This document shows, one piece after another, positions 49,412 through 59,572 of a DNA stretch of 64,000 nt; the stretch's first letter is position 1; each line of letters starts with the position of its first letter. The notes beneath the pieces are model-generated. The model was not told where the DNA came from and searched no databases. It was given only the letters and a program-made list of their open reading frames with translations. The translations under genes and the position numbers were made by a program. The stretch lies in NCBI RefSeq assembly GCF_001677475.2, contig NZ_CP015229.1. One strand, 5' to 3'. This stretch comes from Escherichia coli (GTDB taxonomy: Bacteria; Pseudomonadota; Gammaproteobacteria; Enterobacterales; Enterobacteriaceae).

Positions 49412-50662
49412 TCAAGCTAAACCAATAAAGAACCCGGCGATGGTCGCGCTCATCAGGTTGGAAAGCGTTGCTGCTGCCAGCGCCCGTAAACCAAGCTGGG
49501 CGATTTCCGGCGCGCGTTTTGGCGAAATAGCCGAAAATGCGCCAACGACAACACCGATAGAACCAAAGTTAGCAAAACCACAAAGCGCAAAGGAGATAAT
49601 CGCCACGGTTTTCACTTCCAGCGTGCCGCCCGTTTGCAGGTATGGGGAGAAACTCAGGTAAGCGACGAATTCGTTAATCGCCAGTTTCTGCCCAATCAGG
49701 CTACCCGCAAGGTTGGCATCACTCCAGTCCACGCCCATAATCCACGCCAGCGGTGCCAGCACATAGCCAAAAATACTTTCCAGAGAGGCATTGGCGAAAC
49801 CAAACCAGCCGCCAATTCCGCCGATAATGCCGTTGATCAGCGCAATAATTGCGACAAACGCCATTACCACCGTCGCCACACCGGCGGCGATTTTCAACCC
49901 GGTCATCGCACCGCTCGCCGCTGCTTCGATAAAGCTTTTTGGCGGCGTTTCGCTGAACGACAGATTTTCAAATGTCACCTGCGAAGGCTCGGTTGCCGGG
50001 CTAAGAATACGTGCAAACAAAATACCGCCAGGGATCGCCATCAGCGATGCCGCTAACAGGTAGTCAATTGGTACGCCCATTCCGGCATAACCAATCATCA
50101 TCGAACCAGCAATGGACGCCATCCCGCTACAAATTGCGGTAAACAACTCGTTGCGATTCATACGTTCGATAAACGGTTTAACGATCGCAGGGATCTCATT
50201 TTGCCCGAGGAAAATAGTAGTAACCGCAACAAAAGATTCGATTTTGCTGATGTTGAGGGCTTTCTGGAAAATGCTGCCAAGGATGCGAATCAGCAGCCCC
50301 ATCACGCCAATGTAGTACAGCAGACTGATGAGCGCAGTAACGAAAATAATCGCCGGAAGTACGCGAAAGGCGAAGATAAAACCCGCACCGTCAAACAGGA
50401 CATCCATTTTCGGCCCAACCAGCGAACCAAAAATGAAGGCGCTACCGGCATCACTGTAAGACATCACTTTATGAACGCCTAATGCCGCCTGTTCTACTGC
50501 CCATTTTCCCGGTGGGAAGTAGAGCATGATGCCACCAATAGCGATTTGCAGCAGCAGTGCGGCTCCAACCGTGCGCAAACTGATGCCCTTTTTATTCACT
50601 GACAACAGAAATGCTATTGCCAGTAACACCACCATCCCCACAACACTTCTCATTATATCCAT
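49412..50662 (-). CDS. psuT: Putative pseudouridine/nucleoside transporter PsuT (YeiM), CNT family
   Basis: 416 aa, paralog of nupX, last gene of psuKGT. Confidence 0.85.
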   Translation of the reverse strand: MDIMRSVVGMVVLLAIAFLLSVNKKGISLRTVGAALLLQIAIGGIMLYFPPGKWAVEQAALGVHKVMSYSDAGSAFIFGSLVGPKMDVLFDGAGFIFAFRVLPAIIFVTALISLLYYIGVMGLLIRILGSIFQKALNISKIESFVAVTTIFLGQNEIPAIVKPFIERMNRNELFTAICSGMASIAGSMMIGYAGMGVPIDYLLAASLMAIPGGILFARILSPATEPSQVTFENLSFSETPPKSFIEAAASGAMTGLKIAAGVATVVMAFVAIIALINGIIGGIGGWFGFANASLESIFGYVLAPLAWIMGVDWSDANLAGSLIGQKLAINEFVAYLSFSPYLQTGGTLEVKTVAIISFALCGFANFGSIGVVVGAFSAISPKRAPEIAQLGLRALAAATLSNLMSATIAGFFIGLA

Positions 50663-50755
50663 AATGATTTTCCCTTCATGCCAGTAAACCCGGCGGCAGC
50701 GCCAGGTTTTGGTATGTTTGATGAGTACGGGCGACGGCTTTCTGCCCGTCAGAAA

Positions 50756-51694
50756 TTAACCCGCGAGACGCTGGTATTCTTTGGCAATTTCACTCGCCAG
50801 AATGGCGTTGTTGAACACCAGTTGGATGTTGGATTTCAGGCTGTCACCGCCGGTCAGTTCAGCAACGCGCGCCAGCAGGAATGGCGTACTTTCTTTACCA
50901 ATAACACCCTGCGCTTCAGCTTCAGCTACCGCCTGATCGATCGCCGCATTGATAGTGTGTTCCGGCATAGCAAACTGTTCCGGGATCGGGTTCGCTACCA
51001 CGAGGCCACCGTTCAGCCCGCTTTGCCATTTCACCGCCATTGCACGGGCAATTTCGCTGGCGCTGTCGAGACGAATGCTGACGTCAAACGGGCTGGTGCG
51101 GCAGAAAAACGCAGGCAGCGCTTTTGTCTGATAGCCAATTAACGGCACACCAAAGGTTTCTAAATACTCAGTGGTTAATCCTAAATCGAGAATAGATTTC
51201 GCCCCGGCACAAACAACGGTGACATTAGTATTTGCCAGTTCTTGCAAATCGGCAGAAATATCGAAGGTATGTTCCGCCCCGCGATGCACACCACCAATTC
51301 CCCCGGTGGCAAATACTTTAATTCCGGCAAGCGCCGCAATAATCATCGTTGAAGCCACAGTGGTTGCGCCATTTTTTCCGGCGGCAACAACAAAAGGTAA
51401 ATCGCGACGACTAACTTTGGTCACGTTATGCCCTTCACGACCCAGTAATTCAATTTCTTCTTTGCTTAAACCCACTTTCATCACGCCGCCAATAATGGCG
51501 ATAGTGGCAGGTACTGCGCCCTGTTTACGAATAGTTTCTTCTACTTCAATTGCGGTCTTGGCATTTTGTGGGAACGGCATCCCGTGAGAAATAATGGTTG
51601 ATTCCAGCGCCACAACCGGTTTTTTGTTTTTTAAAGCGTCCTGCACTTCCGGGGAAATTTGTAATAATTCAGGGGAAATTTTTAATTCAGACAT
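50756..51694 (-). CDS. psuG: Pseudouridine-5'-phosphate glycosidase PsuG (YeiN)
   Basis: 312 aa, indigoidine synthase A-like family. Confidence 0.9.
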   Translation of the reverse strand: MSELKISPELLQISPEVQDALKNKKPVVALESTIISHGMPFPQNAKTAIEVEETIRKQGAVPATIAIIGGVMKVGLSKEEIELLGREGHNVTKVSRRDLPFVVAAGKNGATTVASTMIIAALAGIKVFATGGIGGVHRGAEHTFDISADLQELANTNVTVVCAGAKSILDLGLTTEYLETFGVPLIGYQTKALPAFFCRTSPFDVSIRLDSASEIARAMAVKWQSGLNGGLVVANPIPEQFAMPEHTINAAIDQAVAEAEAQGVIGKESTPFLLARVAELTGGDSLKSNIQLVFNNAILASEIAKEYQRLAG

Positions 51695-52623
51695 TCTGCG
51701 TTCTCCACTAACGATATAACGTTGGCAATCGATAAATCGGGGTTATTGGTGTATTCACAGGAGAGCGCCATTGACGAACATCCCTGTGCGAAACGAACAG
51801 ATTCGGCAAACGGCATTCCGTCTACCCAACACGAAGCAAGTCCCGCCATCATGGCATCGCCCGCTCCGGTAACATTAATAACATTGGTTTTGATCGGGGC
51901 AGACCAGCCACTTTCACCGCTGATATCACTGTAATAAACGCCATCGCCGCCCATGCTCAATACCAGTCGGTTCAGGCCATGTTGATGGAACCAGGCAGCA
52001 ACTTTTGCCACATCTTCACGCCCTGACAGCGCAATCCCACTCAGGGTTTCCGCTTCAAGGCGGTTTGGCTTCAGAGTGTGGATCTGATTTAGACGGTCGC
52101 GCACTTTGACACATTTCCACGCTGAAACCGGATCGACAAATACGGGTACGTTGGCGGCATTATCCAGAATCCATGCCAGTGCCTCTTCACTGATATTACA
52201 GTCCGCGACAATGACCTTTGCCCTCTGAATAAATTCACGGTGCTGTGCGAGATATTCAGCTGTAATAGCGTTGCTAATATTCATGTCATTTATAGCAACC
52301 AGCATTTCACCGGTATTATCGAGTAATGATAAATAACTCGACGTATTTTCTCCCGGCACAATCAGGCATTTATCGACATAAACGCCAGATTGATTGGTTT
52401 GCGTTAGCAGCGATTGACCATAAAAATCACTGCCTACGGCGCTCAGTAGCCAGGCTTTGTTACCCAGCAACGCCAGGTTTTGTGCAATATTGCGCCCTAC
52501 TCCACCAGGCGTAAATTTTATTTTACCTGGATTTGAATCCGCATAATTTAATGATTCATGTGAATATCCGGCGACATCAATATTCGCCGAACCTATAATT
52601 ACGACATAATCCTTTTCGCGCAT
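51682..52623 (-). CDS. psuK: Pseudouridine kinase PsuK (YeiC), PfkB family
   Basis: 313 aa with ribokinase-type GAGD motif; stop overlaps psuG start by 13 nt. Confidence 0.85.
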   Translation of the reverse strand: MREKDYVVIIGSANIDVAGYSHESLNYADSNPGKIKFTPGGVGRNIAQNLALLGNKAWLLSAVGSDFYGQSLLTQTNQSGVYVDKCLIVPGENTSSYLSLLDNTGEMLVAINDMNISNAITAEYLAQHREFIQRAKVIVADCNISEEALAWILDNAANVPVFVDPVSAWKCVKVRDRLNQIHTLKPNRLEAETLSGIALSGREDVAKVAAWFHQHGLNRLVLSMGGDGVYYSDISGESGWSAPIKTNVINVTGAGDAMMAGLASCWVDGMPFAESVRFAQGCSSMALSCEYTNNPDLSIANVISLVENAECLN

Positions 52624-52861
52624 AGCACGTCCTCTGGTAAAAAATTACCAACCCTGTCAATCCACAAGAATATAGATACTGCAAAGACGGTTTAAACATG
52701 TGTTCATATTTAAACATGTGCTCATAGTATGCATGTTTTACGTAAAGTAAATTACCGCCAGAGAGGCAAAATGGGCAGATTTGAGCAGGCTCACAAAATG
52801 CGATTAAATGCCTGAATTACAAAAGCGAGGAATTTGTGACGGGATGCACAGAACATGAACA

Positions 52862-52892
52862 CTAAAAAAGGGCAGAAAATAATCTGCCCTTG
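52862..52892 (-). terminator. Intrinsic terminator on minus strand about 155 nt downstream of fruA
   Basis: Minus strand reads agggcaga-ttatttt-ctgccct followed by TTTTTT. Confidence 0.5.
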
Positions 52893-53046
52893 AGGAAATA
52901 ACCTTAGTGTTTGATGAACGTTTCAGGTTTCTACTGAAAGATAAAACCATTTAAATTCATAAAATTACATTCACAAACCGGTCATTCTCTTTGCGCTCAT
53001 CCAATGATACAGGGCAGGAAATTTCTGCCCTGTAACACACCTTTTA

Positions 53047-54738
53047 TTACGCTGCTTTCGCTACTGCGTCCACTTCCGGACGTTTCAGGAAGGCATAGGC
53101 CAAACCCGCCACCAGCGTACCGGCAATAATTGCTACCAGGTAACCCAGTACCGGCGTAATGGCGCCTGGGATCAGCAGAACAAACAGACCACCGTGTGGT
53201 GCCATCAGTTTCGCACCAATCGCCATTGAGATTGCACCAGTCAGCGCCCCACCCACGATACAGCACGGCAGCACTCGCATCGGATCACGGGCGGCAAACG
53301 GAATTGCACCTTCCGAAATAAAGCACAGACCAAGAACCAGAGCGGCTTTGCCACCTTCCTGCTGCGCTTTGTCGAATTTGCGACGCGCCACCATTGTTGC
53401 CAGGCCCATTGCCAGCGGTGGCACCATACCTGCCGCCATAATCGCCGCCATCGGGCCATAGGTTTGAGTACTCAGCAGACCCACACCGAACGCGTACGCT
53501 GCTTTGTTTACCGGACCGCCCATGTCAGTACACATCATGCCACCGAGGATCGCCCCCAGCAGAACCGCATTCGCAGTCCCCATGGTCTGCAGCCAGTGAG
53601 TCAACCCTTCGAGAATGCCAGCAACCGGTTTACCGATCAGGTAGATCATCGCCAGACCGACCACCAGACTGGAAATTAGCGGAATGATCAGGATCGGTTT
53701 CAGCGCCTCCATACTCTGTGGCAGTTTCAGTTGCGTACTGATTAACTTCGCAATGTAACCAGCCAGGAAGCCCGCAATAATACCGCCAATGAAGCCAGAA
53801 CCGGTGCTGACAGCCAGCATACCGCCAATCAGACCCGGCGTGAGGCCCGGACGATCGGCAATGGAGAAGGCAATATAACCTGCCAGTACCGGCACCATCA
53901 GCGCAAAGGCTGAACCACCACCAATCTGCATCAGCGCCGCTGCCAACGTACCCGGCTCTTTAAACGCTTCGATACCAAAAGCAAAAGAAAGCGCGATACA
54001 CAGACCACCTGCAACGACCATCGGCAGCATGTAAGAAACGCCCGTCAGCAAGTGACGGTAAGCGCCCGCACTCTCTTTCTTACCTTCAGTAGTCGCCGTT
54101 TGAGCTTTGCCCGCCGGTTCATACGGCGTTGCTTCAGCAACCGCTTTATCCAGTTCCTGCGCGGTTTTCTTCAGCGCCAGACCGGTAGAGGTGCGATACA
54201 TCGGTTTACCAGCAAATTTCGCCAGATCCACTTCAATATCTGCCGCCACAATCACCAGATCCGCTGCGGCTACTTCTTCGGGAGTGATTGCATTACCCGC
54301 GCCAACAGAACCACGGGTTTCAACTTTCACCCACCAGCCACGTTTTTTCGCTTCGGTTTCAATGGCTTCAGCCGCCATAAAGGTGTGTGCTACGCCAGTC
54401 GGGCAAGCAGTCACCGCAACTACGCGTTTCGGACCGCTGGCGGCAACCGGTGCTGTCGCAGCGACCGGCGCAGTGTAAGGTTTCGCATGGCCTTTGGCTT
54501 CACTCAGGAACAGCTCAGGGTGCGCAACTGCCCGGGAAATATCGCCCAGCCAGACATTTTTACCGTTCAGCGCGCTGTCGTTCGGGATGGAGTCACCGAG
54601 AACAATCGCCATTTCAGCGTCGTTCGGATTGTCGATGATTTCCAGTTTTGCTTTTCGCGCCGCCGCGCCCAGCAGGGTCTTCGCCATATAGGCGCGTGCC
54701 TGACCGAGATTAGCGTCAATAATCAGCAGCGTTTTCAT
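53047..54738 (-). CDS. fruA: PTS fructose-specific EIIB'BC component FruA
   Basis: 563 aa with duplicated IIB domains and a IIC membrane domain. Confidence 0.9.
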   Translation of the reverse strand: MKTLLIIDANLGQARAYMAKTLLGAAARKAKLEIIDNPNDAEMAIVLGDSIPNDSALNGKNVWLGDISRAVAHPELFLSEAKGHAKPYTAPVAATAPVAASGPKRVVAVTACPTGVAHTFMAAEAIETEAKKRGWWVKVETRGSVGAGNAITPEEVAAADLVIVAADIEVDLAKFAGKPMYRTSTGLALKKTAQELDKAVAEATPYEPAGKAQTATTEGKKESAGAYRHLLTGVSYMLPMVVAGGLCIALSFAFGIEAFKEPGTLAAALMQIGGGSAFALMVPVLAGYIAFSIADRPGLTPGLIGGMLAVSTGSGFIGGIIAGFLAGYIAKLISTQLKLPQSMEALKPILIIPLISSLVVGLAMIYLIGKPVAGILEGLTHWLQTMGTANAVLLGAILGGMMCTDMGGPVNKAAYAFGVGLLSTQTYGPMAAIMAAGMVPPLAMGLATMVARRKFDKAQQEGGKAALVLGLCFISEGAIPFAARDPMRVLPCCIVGGALTGAISMAIGAKLMAPHGGLFVLLIPGAITPVLGYLVAIIAGTLVAGLAYAFLKRPEVDAVAKAA

Positions 54739-54754
54739 TATGCCTCTCCTGCTG

Positions 54755-55693
54755 TCAGTTAAAAGGTTGTAAGTCGACGCGCGCCATCATTGCGGCCAAC
54801 TGCGGACGATCGGTAATACCCACATTGCTTTGACTTACCGCCAGGGCTGCAACAGCTGTCGCCAGACGCAGTGTGTGTTCACTGGATTCACGCATCAGCA
54901 AGCCATAAATCAGGCCACCAACCATAGAATCCCCTGCGCCAACGGTGCTTACGACATCGACTGACGGTGGTTTGGCGATCCATTCGCCGGAGGCATTAAC
55001 CCAAAGCGCGCCTTCGGCACCCAGTGAAATAACGACATGCGCGATACCTTGTTCACGCAGCGCATGCGCAGCTTCAATCACATCTTTCATTTCAGGCAGT
55101 TTACGGCCCGCCCAGATTTCCAGCTCGCGGCGGTTAGGTTTCACCAGCCACGGTGCCGCTTTCAAACCTGCCACTAACGCTTCACGGCTACTATCAAAGA
55201 TAATGCAAGGACACTGACTACGCAGGCGAGTCATCCAGTCGGTGAACGCTTCCGGGCTGACGCCTGACGGTAAGCTTCCGCTGACACAGACCATATCGAA
55301 CTGACCGAGCCAGCTCAGAGAATCAGTCACAAAGCGTTCCCAGTCAGCGGGGGTGACTTCAAAACCCGAGAAGTTGAAGTCGGTCACTTCGCCGTCTTTT
55401 TCCGTCAGCTTAACGTTAATTCGGGTGCGCCCCTGTACAACCTGGAAACGGTTGGCAATGCCCAGCTCGCTGAACAGTTGCTGAAAACCATCCTGATTGT
55501 CTTTACCGAGGAAGCCGCCAACGGTGACATCAATTCCCAGGTCTTTTAATACTTTGGCCACGTTGATGCCTTTACCCGCCGCATGCAGACCGGTGGTTTT
55601 CACCAGGTTCACTTCGCCGCGTTCAATTTCCGGGCAGAAACCAACAAGGTCATAAGCCGGATTAAGGGTAATCGTAGCAACACGTCTGCTCAT
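54755..55693 (-). CDS. fruK: 1-phosphofructokinase FruK
   Basis: 312 aa PfkB family; start overlaps fruB stop by 1 nt. Confidence 0.9.
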   Translation of the reverse strand: MSRRVATITLNPAYDLVGFCPEIERGEVNLVKTTGLHAAGKGINVAKVLKDLGIDVTVGGFLGKDNQDGFQQLFSELGIANRFQVVQGRTRINVKLTEKDGEVTDFNFSGFEVTPADWERFVTDSLSWLGQFDMVCVSGSLPSGVSPEAFTDWMTRLRSQCPCIIFDSSREALVAGLKAAPWLVKPNRRELEIWAGRKLPEMKDVIEAAHALREQGIAHVVISLGAEGALWVNASGEWIAKPPSVDVVSTVGAGDSMVGGLIYGLLMRESSEHTLRLATAVAALAVSQSNVGITDRPQLAAMMARVDLQPFN

Positions 55694-56823
55694 TATGCGC
55701 CCTCCCCAAGACCAGCAGCGATAGCGTCGCCGATTGCTTTCAGCGCCTGTTCAGCATCTGCACCCTGGGCGGTAAAGCGTAGGCGATGACCTTTCTTAAC
55801 GCCAAGTGCCACAACTTTCATCAGACTACGTCCGTTTGCCGGTTTGCCGGTGCCATCAAGGTTTGTCACGGTAATATCACTGTTAAATTGTTTAATGGTA
55901 TTGACCAGCATGGTACCTGGACGAGCATGCAGGCCGTGTTCATTGCGCACCACAAACTCCGCGCTTAACACGTCGTCGGTCGGCGCATCATCGCTGGTCA
56001 GCAGCGCCAGCAACGTTGCCGCATCCGCTTTCAGCAAGCGGTCAGCTTTATTGTCGAGTAACAAATCAGCGAGACGCTTTAGAACCGCAATGGGCTGATC
56101 GTCATTCATCGCCACACTCACCAGCATGGCTGCCGTTTCGCCGTCCACATCAAAAGTATTTGCCGCACGGCTTACCGCAATCGCGCTACGCAGATTGCCT
56201 TCGGCGCTATCGCTCAGCCAGATACCCTGTCCGAGGTTCAGCGGTTGTTCATTGATGGCTTTGGTGACGAAAGTGGCGTCAACTGCCCCCGCCTCTTTCA
56301 GACGCGCAGCGTTCAGCGCCTGAAGAGTCAGCAGATCGCTGGTGACGATATCCAGCGTCAGCATTTCGTTGTCGAGCTTCAGCTGCTCACTCTGCTTTTC
56401 GCCCATCAGCAATGCGCGAAGTTCTTCTGCTGTTGTTGCTGACTTCAGTTGTTCAGCAACGGAATCATCGCTCAGTACGTGGGTCAGCTGGCGTAGCAGG
56501 CCCAGATGCTCATCCGAGCTGGCAGCAATACCGATCGCTACGTACGCTACCTGACCGTCACCCCAAGTGACGCCTTCCGGGAACTGAAATACCTGAACGC
56601 CGGTTTTCAGCACCTGATCGCGGGTGTCGGTAGTGCCGTGTGGAATAGCAATACCATTGCCGAGGAACGTTGAGGTTTGCTGTTCGCGCGCCAGCATGCC
56701 ATTGACGTAGCCTTCTGCTACATTACCGGCCTGCACCAGCGCCGCAGCGACCTGGCGAATCGCCTCTTCTTTGTCTCCGGCCTTTTCGCCCGGATGGATG
56801 TCCTGTACGGATAACTGGAACAT
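55693..56823 (-). CDS. fruB: PTS fructose-specific EIIA/FPr fusion FruB
   Basis: 376 aa with C-terminal HPr-like domain. Confidence 0.9.
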   Translation of the reverse strand: MFQLSVQDIHPGEKAGDKEEAIRQVAAALVQAGNVAEGYVNGMLAREQQTSTFLGNGIAIPHGTTDTRDQVLKTGVQVFQFPEGVTWGDGQVAYVAIGIAASSDEHLGLLRQLTHVLSDDSVAEQLKSATTAEELRALLMGEKQSEQLKLDNEMLTLDIVTSDLLTLQALNAARLKEAGAVDATFVTKAINEQPLNLGQGIWLSDSAEGNLRSAIAVSRAANTFDVDGETAAMLVSVAMNDDQPIAVLKRLADLLLDNKADRLLKADAATLLALLTSDDAPTDDVLSAEFVVRNEHGLHARPGTMLVNTIKQFNSDITVTNLDGTGKPANGRSLMKVVALGVKKGHRLRFTAQGADAEQALKAIGDAIAAGLGEGA

Positions 56824-56837
56824 AGTTCTCCTCTCTT

Positions 56838-56858
56838 GCTGAATTGAAACGATTCAGC
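56838..56858. promoter_or_regulatory. Candidate Cra (FruR) operator in fruB leader
   Basis: Palindrome gctgaat-tgaaacg-attcagc containing a TGAAACGATTCA core just upstream of the fruB RBS. Confidence 0.5.
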
Positions 56859-57190
56859 TTCTATGAGAAAAAAAGCGCCAACCTGGCTTAGGGTTAAAGA
56901 CAAGATCGCGCTGAAACGTTTCAAGAAAGCATAATACTTCTGTTTCAGCACGCAAGGAAAGCCGTAAAGTTATGAGCAAAAGTTTGATGTGCTGCACAAT
57001 TTTTTGTCATTTTTCCTAATTGCTGATGGGAAAATCCGTTATCAGCAATTTCATTTCAGCAGCGTCAGCAGCCAATCAGCAACAGTGAAATGGCATTTTG
57101 ATTATTCGTGGCGCTTTTGATTTCGCTGCCTGTTTATTTTCTGACAAGCAGCGTAAACTCCGCGTCTTCCTCTTCCAGTGATCGACCAGC

Positions 57191-58372
57191 ATGCATAACT
57201 CCCCCGCAGTCTCCAGCGCGAAATCGTTTGATCTGACCTCGACGGCGTTTTTAATCGTTGCCTTTCTCACCGGTATTGCGGGCGCTCTGCAAACCCCGAC
57301 ACTCAGTATTTTTCTTACTGATGAAGTACATGCCCGTCCGGCGATGGTGGGATTCTTCTTTACCGGCAGCGCTGTCATTGGGATTCTGGTAAGTCAGTTT
57401 CTCGCCGGGCGCTCTGATAAGCGCGGCGATCGCAAATCGCTGATTGTCTTTTGCTGCCTGTTAGGCGTGCTGGCCTGCACCCTTTTTGCCTGGAATCGCA
57501 ACTACTTTGTTTTGCTATTCGTTGGCGTCTTTCTTAGCAGCTTTGGCTCGACCGCTAACCCGCAAATGTTTGCCCTTGCCCGTGAACATGCCGACAAAAC
57601 CGGACGTGAGGCGGTGATGTTCAGCTCTTTTTTACGTGCTCAGGTTTCACTGGCATGGGTCATTGGCCCACCGCTGGCTTATGCCTTAGCGATGGGTTTC
57701 AGCTTTACGGTAATGTATCTGAGCGCAGCGGTAGCATTTATTGTTTGCGGCGTGATGGTGTGGCTGTTTTTACCGTCGATGCAAAAAGAGCTTCCGCTGG
57801 CGACCGGCACGGTTGAAGCGCCGCGCCGTAACCGTCGCGATACGCTGCTGCTGTTTGTCATTTGTACATTGATGTGGGGCTCGAACAGCCTGTACATCAT
57901 CAACATGCCGCTATTTATTATCAACGAACTGCATCTTCCCGAGAAACTGGCCGGTGTGATGATGGGGACCGCCGCCGGGCTGGAAATCCCGACGATGTTG
58001 ATTGCCGGATATTTTGCCAAACGTCTGGGTAAGCGTTTCTTAATGCGCGTTGCCGCCGTGGGTGGCGTCTGTTTTTACGCAGGTATGCTGATGGCGCATT
58101 CACCTGTCATTCTGTTGGGCTTGCAACTGCTAAATGCTATTTTTATTGGCATTCTGGGCGGCATCGGGATGCTCTATTTTCAGGATTTGATGCCCGGTCA
58201 GGCAGGTTCAGCCACCACGCTCTATACCAACACGTCGCGCGTGGGCTGGATCATCGCAGGATCAGTGGCGGGCATCGTCGCCGAGATCTGGAATTATCAC
58301 GCTGTGTTCTGGTTTGCGATGGTGATGATTATCGCCACTCTGTTTTGCTTACTGCGGATTAAAGATGTTTAA
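57191..58372 (+). CDS. setB: MFS sugar efflux transporter SetB
   Basis: 393-aa 12-TM MFS protein. Confidence 0.85.
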   Translation: MHNSPAVSSAKSFDLTSTAFLIVAFLTGIAGALQTPTLSIFLTDEVHARPAMVGFFFTGSAVIGILVSQFLAGRSDKRGDRKSLIVFCCLLGVLACTLFAWNRNYFVLLFVGVFLSSFGSTANPQMFALAREHADKTGREAVMFSSFLRAQVSLAWVIGPPLAYALAMGFSFTVMYLSAAVAFIVCGVMVWLFLPSMQKELPLATGTVEAPRRNRRDTLLLFVICTLMWGSNSLYIINMPLFIINELHLPEKLAGVMMGTAAGLEIPTMLIAGYFAKRLGKRFLMRVAAVGGVCFYAGMLMAHSPVILLGLQLLNAIFIGILGGIGMLYFQDLMPGQAGSATTLYTNTSRVGWIIAGSVAGIVAEIWNYHAVFWFAMVMIIATLFCLLRIKDV

Positions 58373-58623
58373 GGCGCGGTCAGGATTTCCAGATCGATAA
58401 GCCAGGTCATTGCCTGCTGACGCGAGTTACCGCACATTTCAGCGCTGGCTTGTAAGCCTGCACAGACTTTCGGTCGCAGTGGCGAGGTGAAAATTTTACA
58501 GCGTTGCTGTTCATCAAGCTGAATGCAGGGCGTATTGGCGGGCTTGCCATCTGGCATACCGGGAATAGGGCTGGAAATTGAAGGGGCAGTGCAACACGCC
58601 CCGCAACCCGGACGGCATTCCAT
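58369..58623 (-). CDS. yeiW: Cysteine-rich small protein YeiW (UPF0153)
   Basis: 84 aa from [11 protein letters not shown]; ORF-track 128 aa trimmed; 4-nt convergent overlap with setB. Confidence 0.7.
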
Positions 58624-58777
58624 ACGTTGTTCTCTTAAGGTTAACCACCGGATTGATGAGCGCGCACAGTACCACCTTTTTTGCACCAGCAAAAGTGCGA
58701 ATACCACTTGCCCGAAAGGCCCGTCGCGAGTACTTTGTCGCGATATTTTTGACATTTTCGACTACAGGAATTTTTCG

Positions 58778-59350
58778 ATGCCAAGAGCGAACGAAATTAA
58801 AAAAGGTATGGTACTGAATTACAACGGCAAACTGCTGCTGGTTAAGGATATTGATATTCAGTCGCCCACTGCCCGCGGTGCCGCTACGCTGTACAAAATG
58901 CGTTTTTCTGATGTCCGTACCGGGCTGAAAGTAGAAGAGCGTTTCAAAGGTGATGATATCGTTGACACCGTGACGCTGACCCGCCGTTACGTTGACTTCT
59001 CCTATGTCGATGGCAACGAATATGTCTTTATGGATAAAGAAGACTATACCCCGTATACCTTCACCAAAGATCAGATTGAAGAAGAGTTGCTGTTTATGCC
59101 AGAGGGCGGCATGCCGGACATGCAGGTGCTGACCTGGGACGGTCAACTGCTGGCGCTTGAGCTGCCGCAGACCGTTGATCTGGAAATCGTTGAAACCGCA
59201 CCAGGCATCAAAGGGGCATCTGCCAGCGCCCGTAACAAACCGGCGACATTGAGCACTGGTCTGGTGATTCAGGTACCAGAATACTTAAGCCCGGGCGAAA
59301 AAATTCGTATCCATATCGAAGAACGCCGTTATATGGGGCGTGCTGACTAA
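58778..59350 (+). CDS. yeiP: Elongation factor P-like protein YeiP (EfpL)
   Basis: 190 aa from [10 protein letters not shown]; ATG after AGGAA; EF-P fold. Confidence 0.85.
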
Positions 59351-59368
59351 CTTCAGCCGCATGCAGAA

Positions 59369-59397
59369 AAGGGATAGCTCAGGCTGTCCCTTTTTTA
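59369..59397 (+). terminator. Intrinsic terminator of yeiP
   Basis: agggatagc-tcag-gctgtccct hairpin followed by TTTTTT. Confidence 0.6.
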
Positions 59398-59572
59398 ATT
59401 TATTATACCAATCTTCTATTTTGCGCTTCCTGAACACCTTACACCCGCAATTTTCACTCGTGGATTGATCGCCCTCACACTTCATCGCATTAACAATCCA
59501 GACCAATTTCAATTGCTGTCATATAACTTTACACTGTCATTGTTAATTAATCGTTACTAAGACGTGACCCCT

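Noticed and set aside
52854-52892. 12-codon ORF (MNTKKGQKIICP) overlapping the terminator hairpin
   Set aside because: Too short, no RBS, and coincides with a terminator stem-loop
54052-54762. 236-aa plus-strand ORF antisense to fruA
   Set aside because: Shadow ORF within a well-supported gene; Arg/Phe-rich low-complexity product
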